Shown: positions 25,675 to 33,971 of the stretch, piece after piece
How the letters are laid out: each line of letters begins with the position of its first letter
Numbering within the stretch: the stretch's first letter is position 1
Virus record (IMG/VR): IMGVR_UViG_3300006969_000007
DNA from: a virus
Reading direction: 5' to 3' (one strand)
Length of the DNA: 36,782 nucleotides
Notes under the pieces: model-generated
What the model was told of the DNA's origin: nothing
The model's input: only the letters and a program-made list of their open reading frames with translations
Database searches by the model: none
Position numbers and translations under genes: made by a program

Positions 25675-25701
25675 TTAATACGAGCTATTGTAATGGTTTC
25701 T

Positions 25702-25935
25702 TTAAATATCGCAATAGTTTTTCTCTAATTTATCTAAGCCTTCTGCTATCTTGAGAAGGCTTGTGCATGATAGTTTACCTCCATGAAATAGCTTGTAGAT
25801 CGTGTAATACGATACACCACAAGCATCTATAATCATGATGTGTGTCATCTTATATTTCTTTACGAGTTTTTGTAATCGTTCAGAAAGATCCGGAGCAGAG
25901 TTCTGGATTTCGATTTGTTTAAGCATATCTAACAT
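25702..25935 (-). CDS. XRE/Cro-type helix-turn-helix regulator, 77 aa
   Basis: ATG at 25935 lies after AGGAAGGAAAGG; the track start at 25962 falls at the predicted TSS. The HTH reads MTHIMIIDACGVSYYTIYKLFHGG. Confidence 0.7.
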   Translation of the reverse strand: MLDMLKQIEIQNSAPDLSERLQKLVKKYKMTHIMIIDACGVSYYTIYKLFHGGKLSCTSLLKIAEGLDKLEKNYCDI

Positions 25936-25955
25936 ATACCTTTCCTTCCTATTAA

Positions 25956-25984
25956 TTGACAAAATTACAATTTTATTGTATAGT
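25956..25984 (+). promoter_or_regulatory. Sigma70-like promoter TTGACA-17 nt-TATAGT (rightward)
   Basis: -35 at 25956-25961 and -10 at 25979-25984. Confidence 0.55.
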
Positions 25985-26003
25985 TTTTTATAATAGATGA
26001 CAA
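25975..26003 (-). promoter_or_regulatory. Sigma70-like promoter TTGTCA-17 nt-TACAAT (leftward); its -10 overlaps the rightward -10
   Basis: On the minus strand the -35 is at 26003-25998 and the -10 at 25980-25975. The predicted TSS is about 33 nt upstream of the HTH ATG. Confidence 0.5.
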
Positions 26004-26088
26004 TGCTTGAGTTTAATCTTCAAATATCATGCTCATTTTGTACAAACTGGTTCAACAAATTTATTTTTTATACTGATTTCTGTAAATC

Positions 26089-26097
26089 TGCTATAAT
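26089..26097 (+). promoter_or_regulatory. Extended -10 element TGcTATAAT proximal to the RHH gene
   Basis: Read directly; it lies about 39 nt upstream of the ATG at 26136. Confidence 0.45.
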
Positions 26098-26135
26098 ATA
26101 ATATAATAAAACACAATGTAAATAAGGAAAAATCA

Positions 26136-26330
26136 ATGAGTACAAAAAATGAACTAGCGAGAATCACTATTGACCTTCCGCCAGAGCTACAAAAAAAATT
26201 AAAAACTTTCTCAGTGATCAATGGAATAAGCATGAAAGAATTAGTGATCACCGCAATTGAGAAGCAACTGAAAGCAATGGAAGCGAAAACAACTAATATC
26301 TTGCATCGAGAAAATTATCATGGAAAATAA
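26136..26330 (+). CDS. Ribbon-helix-helix DNA-binding protein; first gene of the rightward operon
   Basis: ARITIDLPPELQKKLKTFSVINGISMKELVITAIEKQL fits the RHH pattern. SD AAGGAAAAA lies upstream. Confidence 0.7.
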   Translation: MSTKNELARITIDLPPELQKKLKTFSVINGISMKELVITAIEKQLKAMEAKTTNILHRENYHGK

Positions 26331-26871
26331 TCTGTTTAATGCATTGGCTCGCGCACAGGCTACCTATGCTGTTGCACACAAGAATGGGTATAATCCTCAC
26401 TACAAGAGTAGTTTCTCAACATTTGAGGACCTTGTATTGGCTTCACGTGAATCGTTGACTAGAGAGGGAATTTCAGTGACTCAGTATATTGAGTCTACTG
26501 AAGATGGAAAAGATTACCTTATAACGATCCTTATGCATATCTCAAGTCAGAGTATTAAGAGTAAGATGATCATTGCAGTGAAAGACAGAACTGATGTACA
26601 GAAGTTCGGCAGTGCTCTTACCTATTTAAAGAGGTATTTGTACGCAGCGATCTGCGGGATAGCAACCTCAGAACACGATGAAGATGGAAACGACACAATA
26701 CAAGAGAACGTTATTACTGACAAGCAGGCAGCGTTATTGCATATGTTGATGAAAGGCGATATGGATCTAGAGGGAAAGATCTGTAAGCATTATAATATTA
26801 CATCGATCAGAAGTTTGCCGATGAAGTACATGAACCAACTCGTAGAGAAACTTAAACCGAAAGAATCTTAA
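26320..26871 (+). CDS. ERF-family single-strand annealing protein (copy 1)
   Basis: KFGSALTYLKRYLYAAICGIATSEHDEDGND matches the ERF signature G..TY.RRY.....GI...DDD, and the N-terminal region is ERF-like. Confidence 0.7.
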   Translation: MENNLFNALARAQATYAVAHKNGYNPHYKSSFSTFEDLVLASRESLTREGISVTQYIESTEDGKDYLITILMHISSQSIKSKMIIAVKDRTDVQKFGSALTYLKRYLYAAICGIATSEHDEDGNDTIQENVITDKQAALLHMLMKGDMDLEGKICKHYNITSIRSLPMKYMNQLVEKLKPKES

Positions 26872-26874
26872 CAT

Positions 26875-27282
26875 ATGCCACAAATTGATTTAGCAGCCCA
26901 AACATCATCCATAGAAACTAATTATAAAAACTTAATAGATAAGTTATTTCTTCTCATAGAAAAAATAAAGCATATTGATGAATTAGGAGAAAAAAACATA
27001 CCAGAAGAATTATCAACGGAGATGAGTAATACTATCAACCAGGTTCTTTTCTGCTCTGTATTTATAATGTCTCATTATGAAAGTGCTATAGAAATTATTA
27101 ATTTTTATAATATTGCCAGAGAAACTTTACCAGTAAAATATTATATGGATAATGTAGATGCTTTGATCAATCGAGCTAGGAAAATTCACGGAGAAAATAA
27201 AAAATCAAAAATATATAAAAATTCAAAAGAGTACGAATCTGACCTGCAGTTAGTAGAAAAACTAAAACCCAAGGAGCAATAA
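26875..27282 (+). CDS. Helical hypothetical protein ending in QLVEKLKPKE
   Basis: 135-aa ORF whose C-terminal decapeptide is identical to that of ERF copy 1. Confidence 0.6.
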   Translation: MPQIDLAAQTSSIETNYKNLIDKLFLLIEKIKHIDELGEKNIPEELSTEMSNTINQVLFCSVFIMSHYESAIEIINFYNIARETLPVKYYMDNVDALINRARKIHGENKKSKIYKNSKEYESDLQLVEKLKPKEQ

Positions 27283-27283
27283 T

Positions 27284-27634
27284 ATGGATCTGAAGTTTAA
27301 TATAAAAGAGTTAGAAGCATTTCATAAATTTGTATCAGGAAAAGAAAAAAGTTTAGAAGAGCTCCTCAACAAATTGTATGAGGATGATCAAGACGCCTCT
27401 CAAAAAGATAGTCGTTTGTTAAAACAAAAAGCAGATGAGTTGGCTGAGATAGCGATGTTTTTCATAGTGATGTACCAAAAACAGTGTCATTTTATGGATT
27501 TCTATACTGATTTAATAAAAAATTCTCCCGGAATGGAAGATCCAGAGTTTAGAAACGCCGCAGAGAATGTTACTAACCATTTTGTAACAGTCTTTAAAGA
27601 AAACAAAAAATTGGAACTGCAACCGTCGACATAA
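27284..27634 (+). CDS. Helical acidic hypothetical protein
   Basis: 116-aa ORF that starts 1 nt after the preceding stop. Confidence 0.6.
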   Translation: MDLKFNIKELEAFHKFVSGKEKSLEELLNKLYEDDQDASQKDSRLLKQKADELAEIAMFFIVMYQKQCHFMDFYTDLIKNSPGMEDPEFRNAAENVTNHFVTVFKENKKLELQPST

Positions 27635-27653
27635 CGTCGACAGAAGGATATTA

Positions 27654-28349
27654 GTGAGTGAATGCATCTGTAAGAATAAAAAAGATAAACTCTATGAGGC
27701 GTTAGCGAAAACAAAACTTGAGTATCGTAATGTAACCTTCAATAGAGTTAACTCCTTCAACAAACAGGTCTACGCAGATCTTGATATCATCCAGAAAAGT
27801 ACCAACAAAGCATTAGCAAATAATGGCTTGGTATTTATTCAAGAACCTCGTGATGAAGATGGTACGACATTCCTCTATTCAACACTCGGTCATGCAAGTG
27901 GTCAAGAGATCATCTGTAAAAGCCGCTTAATCGTTCCAGGTTACACGGGAGCTAAGTCAGACAACCAACGCTTTGGCGAATCACTTGCGTATCTTAAAAG
28001 GCATGTAGCGCAGTGTATGCTTGGGGTGGTTGCCAATAACGATCCAGAAGATAATGATGATGCAGATGCCTCAGAAACTCAATACGCTAACGAATCACGC
28101 AGATCGATGGCAGGTGATGAGAAAGCAGCACATGTTGATCAGGGAATATTTACTGAAAAGATAACCAGAGAACAGCTTGATGAACTTTATTATGAGCTAC
28201 AGGATTATCCTATCATGGCTGAGAGCCTCAAGAAGGCATTAGAGATATCCCATTTATCAGATGTTCCTAAGGCTAAATATACCTCCCAGATGCAGCATAT
28301 TAGAAGACAGAAAATAGCTCTGATGAACTCGCCACGCAAAGAATGGTAA
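27654..28349 (+). CDS. ERF-family single-strand annealing protein (copy 2, divergent)
   Basis: GTG start lies 5 nt after GAAGGA. RFGESLAYLKRHVAQCMLGVVANNDPEDNDDAD is an ERF signature variant. Confidence 0.65.
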   Translation: MSECICKNKKDKLYEALAKTKLEYRNVTFNRVNSFNKQVYADLDIIQKSTNKALANNGLVFIQEPRDEDGTTFLYSTLGHASGQEIICKSRLIVPGYTGAKSDNQRFGESLAYLKRHVAQCMLGVVANNDPEDNDDADASETQYANESRRSMAGDEKAAHVDQGIFTEKITREQLDELYYELQDYPIMAESLKKALEISHLSDVPKAKYTSQMQHIRRQKIALMNSPRKEW

Positions 28350-28463
28350 ATGTTTCTGTGTGAAATGAGTGTAATTTTTATAAATTATACTGTTGACAGA
28401 TAAGTCTTATTGTAGTACCATAAGAGGAGTGATTATTTCCTTCTCGGTAATAATACATCTGCT

Positions 28464-28498
28464 GAGGCCTCGGTTCGTGTCATAACATCCGAGGCCTC
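28464..28498. terminator. Hairpin terminator between the convergent early (+) and fibre (-) operons
   Basis: Perfect 10-bp GC-rich stem GAGGCCTCGG/CCGAGGCCTC, followed on the plus strand by TCCTTGTTGTT. Confidence 0.65.
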
Positions 28499-28507
28499 TC
28501 CTTGTTG

Positions 28508-28651
28508 TTAAAGAGGCTTTTTGATTAACAGTTCACTGACTGCCTTATTTCTGCTTTTGTTTGAATTCATTTTATGTGCTATGCCACCTATTATGAATAA
28601 CATAAGTACTATAGCACATGCCATACGTTTTAATAAAAGATTCATGTCCAT
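28508..28651 (-). CDS. Small membrane peptide, 47 aa; last gene of the fibre operon
   Basis: The ORF is below the track cutoff. AAGGAG lies 6 nt before the ATG. Sequence: MDMNLLLKRMACAIVLMLFIIGGIAHKMNSNKSRNK... Confidence 0.5.
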   Translation of the reverse strand: MDMNLLLKRMACAIVLMLFIIGGIAHKMNSNKSRNKAVSELLIKKPL

Positions 28652-28663
28652 ACAAAACTCCTT

Positions 28664-29896
28664 CTAGACGTAATAAAGTCCTTGGATAAGCATACTGTGA
28701 TAAACGCTTGGCGTATTTATAAATAAAGTACTGGTGATAGCAAAAGCATTTCCTGATGATAAATTATTAAGTTGTGCCTGAATAGACATCGTTGTGGTTC
28801 CCGCCACAAATCTACACCATGTATACTGATTACTCCCTAAACTATTAAGTCTATTTTCACCCCATCCTGCTGTTTCCATGAAAAATGATCCATGAGCATT
28901 AGAAACAGTAAATGGTAATCCAGATATGGTAGCAGCTAATCCTCCTGTAGAACCTGAATATTGTGGACTTATATAAATATTTATAAATACAATACTCCCC
29001 ATGCGTACATACCAACCATATCTATTACCAGCAAAATAACTAATCCCAGAAGATGAACCGCCCAAAAGTAAAGAGGGCGTAAAGGTACCGTTTGAATAAT
29101 TCGGTAATGCACCACTTCCCGTGCCAGTTATAGTTACGGTGCTTCCTGCAGCAGATATGGATGTTCCCGTGCCAGAAGCAAAAGTTATAACGCCCGCAGC
29201 AGGAGTAGCGGTTCCCGTCGCAGGACTCGTTATATAACTTTGAGCAATATTAGAGCCAGCAGTTACCGTAACGGTCGAACCCGCACCACTGGTAGAAATA
29301 GAGTTAGAACCATATATATTCAATACACCAGCAACCGGAACTGCTGTACCAGCCTGGGTTAAGAATGATGTTGCATTGGCTCCTGATTGAGAAATGGTCA
29401 ATGTTGAAGTACCGGGATTACCGGCAACAGAGATCGTTCCCGCACCAAGTATGTTAATATTACCGGCTGTTTCGCCAACAGCACCGCCACTATTGCCAGT
29501 TAATGTTAACGCAGCACCACCACCGATAGCGCTCATCGTTAACGTAGAAGTGCCTGGATTACCCGTTATATTTACCGTGGTACCATCACCTACTACATTG
29601 ATATTACCAGATAAGGGTAATACCAAGCCACCAGAGTTACCGGTTAATGAAAGCAATCCAGTACCTGATCCTTGTACCTGTATCCAGGTAGCGGTCAAAC
29701 CATTTGTTACTGCAAGATACCATATGGAATTGTCAGAAGTATTAAGCCACCAATCACCACGATTAAATTCACGAGCATCATCTACCGTAGGAGCTGAAGA
29801 AGCCATGGTAAAGTTGGTAGGTTGAACAGCATTGGCACCAATATATGACAAGGGTGTAAATCCATTAAGTCGTTGATTCTGATTATTACTAGACAT
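28664..29896 (-). CDS. Tail fibre paralog 3 (410 aa)
   Basis: Has the shared N-terminus QRLNG(F/L)(T/N)PLSY(I/L)G, repeated modules TGNSGG...GNIN.VG...GNPGTSTLT, and a divergent C-terminal domain. Confidence 0.8.
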   Translation of the reverse strand: MSSNNQNQRLNGFTPLSYIGANAVQPTNFTMASSAPTVDDAREFNRGDWWLNTSDNSIWYLAVTNGLTATWIQVQGSGTGLLSLTGNSGGLVLPLSGNINVVGDGTTVNITGNPGTSTLTMSAIGGGAALTLTGNSGGAVGETAGNINILGAGTISVAGNPGTSTLTISQSGANATSFLTQAGTAVPVAGVLNIYGSNSISTSGAGSTVTVTAGSNIAQSYITSPATGTATPAAGVITFASGTGTSISAAGSTVTITGTGSGALPNYSNGTFTPSLLLGGSSSGISYFAGNRYGWYVRMGSIVFINIYISPQYSGSTGGLAATISGLPFTVSNAHGSFFMETAGWGENRLNSLGSNQYTWCRFVAGTTTMSIQAQLNNLSSGNAFAITSTLFINTPSVYHSMLIQGLYYV

Positions 29897-29905
29897 ATGG
29901 AACTC

Positions 29906-31129
29906 CTAAATTAAATAACAACCAGAAACGGTAAATGTAGAACCATTTTGTAGATTATTTGATATGAAAAATGGCGCTGATTTAGCACCTGCTCCCAAAA
30001 ACGATCCAGTGTAAGGGTTACCCATGACAAGACCAGCACCAAATATAACATACCAATAAAGAATATTACCGACTGGTATATTATATTGATAACTCGTTAT
30101 AGGAGTTGAAAAAGTAACTTGAGGACTCCCATAAGCAGCAGGATAAGAAGGGACGGTAAACGGAAGTCCACTAAGAATTGTGGTGCCAACAATAGTAGGA
30201 GCCCACGTTGCTATAGCAATATCAATCTGAACAAAAACAAAATTACCTATCTGAACATATTGACCATTTTGACGTGTATAAGTAATACCTGCAGTACCTG
30301 CAGAGGTCCTTAAAATCGGTACAAATGATCCTGTTGAATAAGTAGGAGTCGCACCACCACTACTTGTTATGGTCACCGTACTTCCCGCTGCTGACATGGT
30401 AATGCCACCAGCTCCTGCAAAAGTTAATACGCCAGCTGCTGGTATCGCCGTTCCCGTAGCTGGACTCGTTTTATAACTTTGTGATAATGTTCCACCTGCT
30501 ACCACGGTGACAGTAGATCCTACACCAGTCGTTGATAGTCCATTTGATCCATTGATGGTAAGAGCGCCTGCAACAGGTATTGCTGTGCCAGATTGAGTAG
30601 GAAATGACTGAGCAACAATACCACTTTGACTTACTGTCAACGTCGAAGTTCCTGGATTACCCGCAACAGATATGGGCGCTGTACCAATGATATTTATGTT
30701 ACCCATAGTCGGGCCTACTGCGCCACCACTATTACCAGTGAGTGTACTCGTCGCTGGCGCACCGACAGCAGATATCGTCAACGTACTTGTTCCTGGATTA
30801 CCCGCAATATTCATTGATACCCCATCACCAACAACATTAATGTTGCCAAGTGTTGGTGGTACGGGACCACCGGTGTTTGCTGTTAACGTTTCAACAGCAC
30901 CACTCATGGCAGATACATTAATCCACGTAGCAGATCCATTAGTAAGCGCTGCCAAATAAAATAAACTGTTTGTATCCGTATTAAGCCACCAGGTACCCAA
31001 ATAAAAATTATTAAAATCGGTCGTTAATGGATCTCTGGGTAGTTTTATAAAATCAGTAGGTTGATATGCATCAACACCTAGATATGATAAAGGATTGAGA
31101 CCATTCAATCGTTGATTCACTCGTGACAT
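29906..31129 (-). CDS. Tail fibre paralog 2 (407 aa)
   Basis: Same architecture as 28664..29896, with a distinct C-terminus. Confidence 0.8.
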   Translation of the reverse strand: MSRVNQRLNGLNPLSYLGVDAYQPTDFIKLPRDPLTTDFNNFYLGTWWLNTDTNSLFYLAALTNGSATWINVSAMSGAVETLTANTGGPVPPTLGNINVVGDGVSMNIAGNPGTSTLTISAVGAPATSTLTGNSGGAVGPTMGNINIIGTAPISVAGNPGTSTLTVSQSGIVAQSFPTQSGTAIPVAGALTINGSNGLSTTGVGSTVTVVAGGTLSQSYKTSPATGTAIPAAGVLTFAGAGGITMSAAGSTVTITSSGGATPTYSTGSFVPILRTSAGTAGITYTRQNGQYVQIGNFVFVQIDIAIATWAPTIVGTTILSGLPFTVPSYPAAYGSPQVTFSTPITSYQYNIPVGNILYWYVIFGAGLVMGNPYTGSFLGAGAKSAPFFISNNLQNGSTFTVSGCYLI

Positions 31130-31146
31130 ATACTATCTCTCCTTTA

Positions 31147-32352
31147 TTACATAAAATACATGCCATAAAATGTAAATGATGTAGTACTTAAAAAGTGATT
31201 TGTTTGTACAATACCCCCAGCCACCAGTGGGCCCCCATATCGTAACGTTCCTGTCGTAGCACCAGGAGTAAATCTAACCCAAAAATATGTCGTTCTTCCT
31301 GCTGCAAAAAGAACATTGCTCACTGGCGTTAAAATATTAAATTGATGACTATCCATAAAAGAAGTAACCACATTAGATACCGTAAATGGCAAATCTTCAA
31401 TCAACACATTATTAATAGGTGCTGGCCATCCTGTTAGAGTAATGTTCGCGGTAACATACACCATAGTACCTATTTGTGTATAAATACCCAGTTGCTTTGA
31501 ATAGGTTATACCGGCTCTATTACCATTAATAGATAGTGCCGGAGTCCAGTTACCCGTTGAGTAGGAAGGAACCCCCCCTCCAGTTACACTAAATGTTACG
31601 GTACTGCCTGCAGCAGAAGCAGTTGAGTTAGCCCCTGAGGCGAACGTTAGCACTCCTGCAGCCGGCACCGCTACGCCGGTCGCAGGGCTGGTGATAAAAC
31701 TTTTTGCTAACGCAGAACCACCAATAACCGTAACCGTATTCCCGACACCCATCGTTGATAATCCATTGGAACCATTAACAGTCAAGACACCCGCTACTGG
31801 TGTCGCAGTCCCTGCTTGGGTAATAAATGAATTAGCAACCGCACCCGATTGCGTAATAGTAAGCGTAGAAGTACCAGGATTACCTGCAATGGAGAGGGTA
31901 CCAGTACCAACTAAATTTATATTGTCCGCTGTAGGAAAAACCGGACCGCCCGTATTACCAGTTAATGAACTGATCACTGATGATCCAATAGCAGAAACGG
32001 TTAGCGTATTAGTTCCAGGATTACCTATTACGAGTACCGTAGTAACATCTCCCACAAGATTAATATTGCCAGCTGTTGGGCTGACGGGGCCACCACTGTT
32101 ACCCGTTAATGTTTGTATACCAGGAACAGATGAAGATATATTAATCCACGAAGCAACCCCATTACGTAATGATGCTAAATAAAAAAGAGAGGTCGTAGCG
32201 CTATTAAGCCACCACGAACCTACATACACATTCCTATTATCACTCGTCTCTGGATTCCTTGGTTGTATAACGATATTCGTTGGCTGAACCGCATCAAACC
32301 CAAGATAGGATAATGGGTTTAAACCATTCAATCGTTGATCTATCTTAGGCAT
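31147..32352 (-). CDS. Tail fibre paralog 1 (401 aa)
   Basis: Same architecture as 28664..29896, with a distinct C-terminus. Confidence 0.8.
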   Translation of the reverse strand: MPKIDQRLNGLNPLSYLGFDAVQPTNIVIQPRNPETSDNRNVYVGSWWLNSATTSLFYLASLRNGVASWINISSSVPGIQTLTGNSGGPVSPTAGNINLVGDVTTVLVIGNPGTNTLTVSAIGSSVISSLTGNTGGPVFPTADNINLVGTGTLSIAGNPGTSTLTITQSGAVANSFITQAGTATPVAGVLTVNGSNGLSTMGVGNTVTVIGGSALAKSFITSPATGVAVPAAGVLTFASGANSTASAAGSTVTFSVTGGGVPSYSTGNWTPALSINGNRAGITYSKQLGIYTQIGTMVYVTANITLTGWPAPINNVLIEDLPFTVSNVVTSFMDSHQFNILTPVSNVLFAAGRTTYFWVRFTPGATTGTLRYGGPLVAGGIVQTNHFLSTTSFTFYGMYFM

Positions 32353-32363
32353 AATAGTTCCTT

Positions 32364-33950
32364 TTATGTTGATGCTATCATATACGCAAAACTAATTGTT
32401 ATGGTGTTATCATTAGCAGCATTACCTGATATTTCTGTTGCTATCGGTTGGTATACAACTACAGTTTTATTAGCAGTACTAGTTATAGCAGTAGGATTAG
32501 TTAGAGTAATGCCACCCAGTTGAAATTTTGAACTTGTAGAAACTATGAGAGCAGTAGTTAAAGCATCAGTACTAGAAGAAACAAGCAGTCCTGCACCATC
32601 CGTATATTTTAATACAATAGTTTGAGATGCAGCGGCGGTAAAAGCACTCGTTCCACCATAATTTAATGTACCTACCTGTTGAACTCCAATAATTGACAGT
32701 CCAGCACCCGGAGCTGCTAATATTTGAATAGGTGTTGCGTGAAGATTTTTTATTTGAGAATTAGTTAAAGTTAAAGTAACAACTTTAACAACTCCAGAGG
32801 GAGCAGCAGCAGCTTGAAAACTTGGCGCCGTACCAGCAGCATTTGCTGTTAAAACAAATCCTGCTGTACCGGTAACCGTTGAAATTACCCCTGTACTACT
32901 TGTTACTAATGCTCCTTCAGCAAATGCTGGTATTTTAATTCCACCACTTCCTGATTGAAGATTCGTCGTTGACGTTGTATTAGTGCTACCAAGAGTAATA
33001 GTCTTAACAGCAGCACCTGTTCCTAGATTGACTGTTGTCGCTGATGCATCAGTTGATACACCAAGTGTTCCTGTTCCAGAATTTATCGTTAATGTACCAT
33101 TCGTACTCGTAACTGCTAATGCACCTGAACCACTTTGAACAGTCGTAGCAGAAGTAGAGTTAGTGCTACCAAGAGTAACGCCTTTCACTGCAGCACCAGT
33201 TGCAAGACTCACCGTCGTTGCTGATGCATCAGTAGAAATACCAAGTGCACCAGTTCCGGAATTTATGGTGAGAGCACCATTAGTTGACGTAACATTAAGC
33301 GCTCCAGATCCGCTTTGTACTGTGGTAGCAGACGTTGAATTGGTACTTCCGAGTGTCACTCCTTTAACGGCAGCACCTGTTCCTAAGCTTACTGTTGTTG
33401 CAGAAGCATCAGTTGAAACACCTAAAGCTCCTGTACCAGAGTTAATAGTAAGAGCACCGTTGGTTGAAGTTACATTGAGAGCCCCACTACCACTTTGGAT
33501 AGTTGTAGTAGATGTCGTATTGGTACTACCAAACGTGGAAGTCTTAACCCCAGCACCAGTACCGATGTTTATGGTTGAAGCAGTTGCATCAGTCGCTAAT
33601 GACACCGTACCACCATTCGCGGTAATACCCGCAAAGGTAGTGGTAAACGTAGAAATTAAACCATCAAATGAAAGCCCGGTTGTGCCTCCAGTAAAAATAA
33701 ATGCTGCACCGACTAATGGTCCGCCGGTATCACCAGTGATAGTAATAGGCGATGGTGATCCAGAAGTCCATGTAGGAAGTGCACCTGCACCTGCCGAGGT
33801 TAATAGTTGACCGGCTGTACCGAGTCCTACCACATTCTGAAATGGACCAGTAGCAGTAGTTCCTGCGGTAATAACGGAATATGCCGTAAATGTATTATTT
33901 CCTGTTCCCCCTTCTACAACTGGCTGGGGGCTAATTCTTTTATATGCCAA
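32364..33950 (-). CDS. Tail fibre with a 60-aa tandem-repeat shaft (528 aa)
   Basis: The N-terminus reads EGGTGNNTFTAY...GQLLTSAGAGALPTWTS. It has about 3.8 copies of VSTDASATTVSLGTGAAVKGVTLGSTNSTSATTVQSGSGALNVTSTNGALTINSGTGALG. Confidence 0.8.
   Translation of the reverse strand: MAYKRISPQPVVEGGTGNNTFTAYSVITAGTTATGPFQNVVGLGTAGQLLTSAGAGALPTWTSGSPSPITITGDTGGPLVGAAFIFTGGTTGLSFDGLISTFTTTFAGITANGGTVSLATDATASTINIGTGAGVKTSTFGSTNTTSTTTIQSGSGALNVTSTNGALTINSGTGALGVSTDASATTVSLGTGAAVKGVTLGSTNSTSATTVQSGSGALNVTSTNGALTINSGTGALGISTDASATTVSLATGAAVKGVTLGSTNSTSATTVQSGSGALAVTSTNGTLTINSGTGTLGVSTDASATTVNLGTGAAVKTITLGSTNTTSTTNLQSGSGGIKIPAFAEGALVTSSTGVISTVTGTAGFVLTANAAGTAPSFQAAAAPSGVVKVVTLTLTNSQIKNLHATPIQILAAPGAGLSIIGVQQVGTLNYGGTSAFTAAASQTIVLKYTDGAGLLVSSSTDALTTALIVSTSSKFQLGGITLTNPTAITSTANKTVVVYQPIATEISGNAANDNTITISFAYMIAST
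32950..33640. repeat. About 3.8 tandem copies of a 180-bp in-frame repeat
   Basis: Anchor strings recur at 32981, 33161, 33341 and 33521, an exact 180-nt period. Confidence 0.85.
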
Positions 33951-33971
33951 AGTTTTCTCCTTTGAAATTTA

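Noticed and set aside
26033-26251. 72-aa minus-strand ORF across the switch region
   Set aside because: It lies antisense to the RHH gene start and its promoters, is hydrophobic and low-complexity, and has no SD.
27621-27642. GTCGAC-ATAAC-GTCGAC hairpin before ERF copy 2 as a terminator
   Set aside because: It has only a 6-bp stem and no U tract, and it sits inside a tightly packed operon. It is probably incidental, or at most a minor translational element.
32950-33640. CRISPR-like array or diversity-generating retroelement target in the fibre repeats
   Set aside because: The repeats are contiguous 180-nt in-frame coding units without spacers. I saw no reverse transcriptase, template repeat or cas gene anywhere in the genome.
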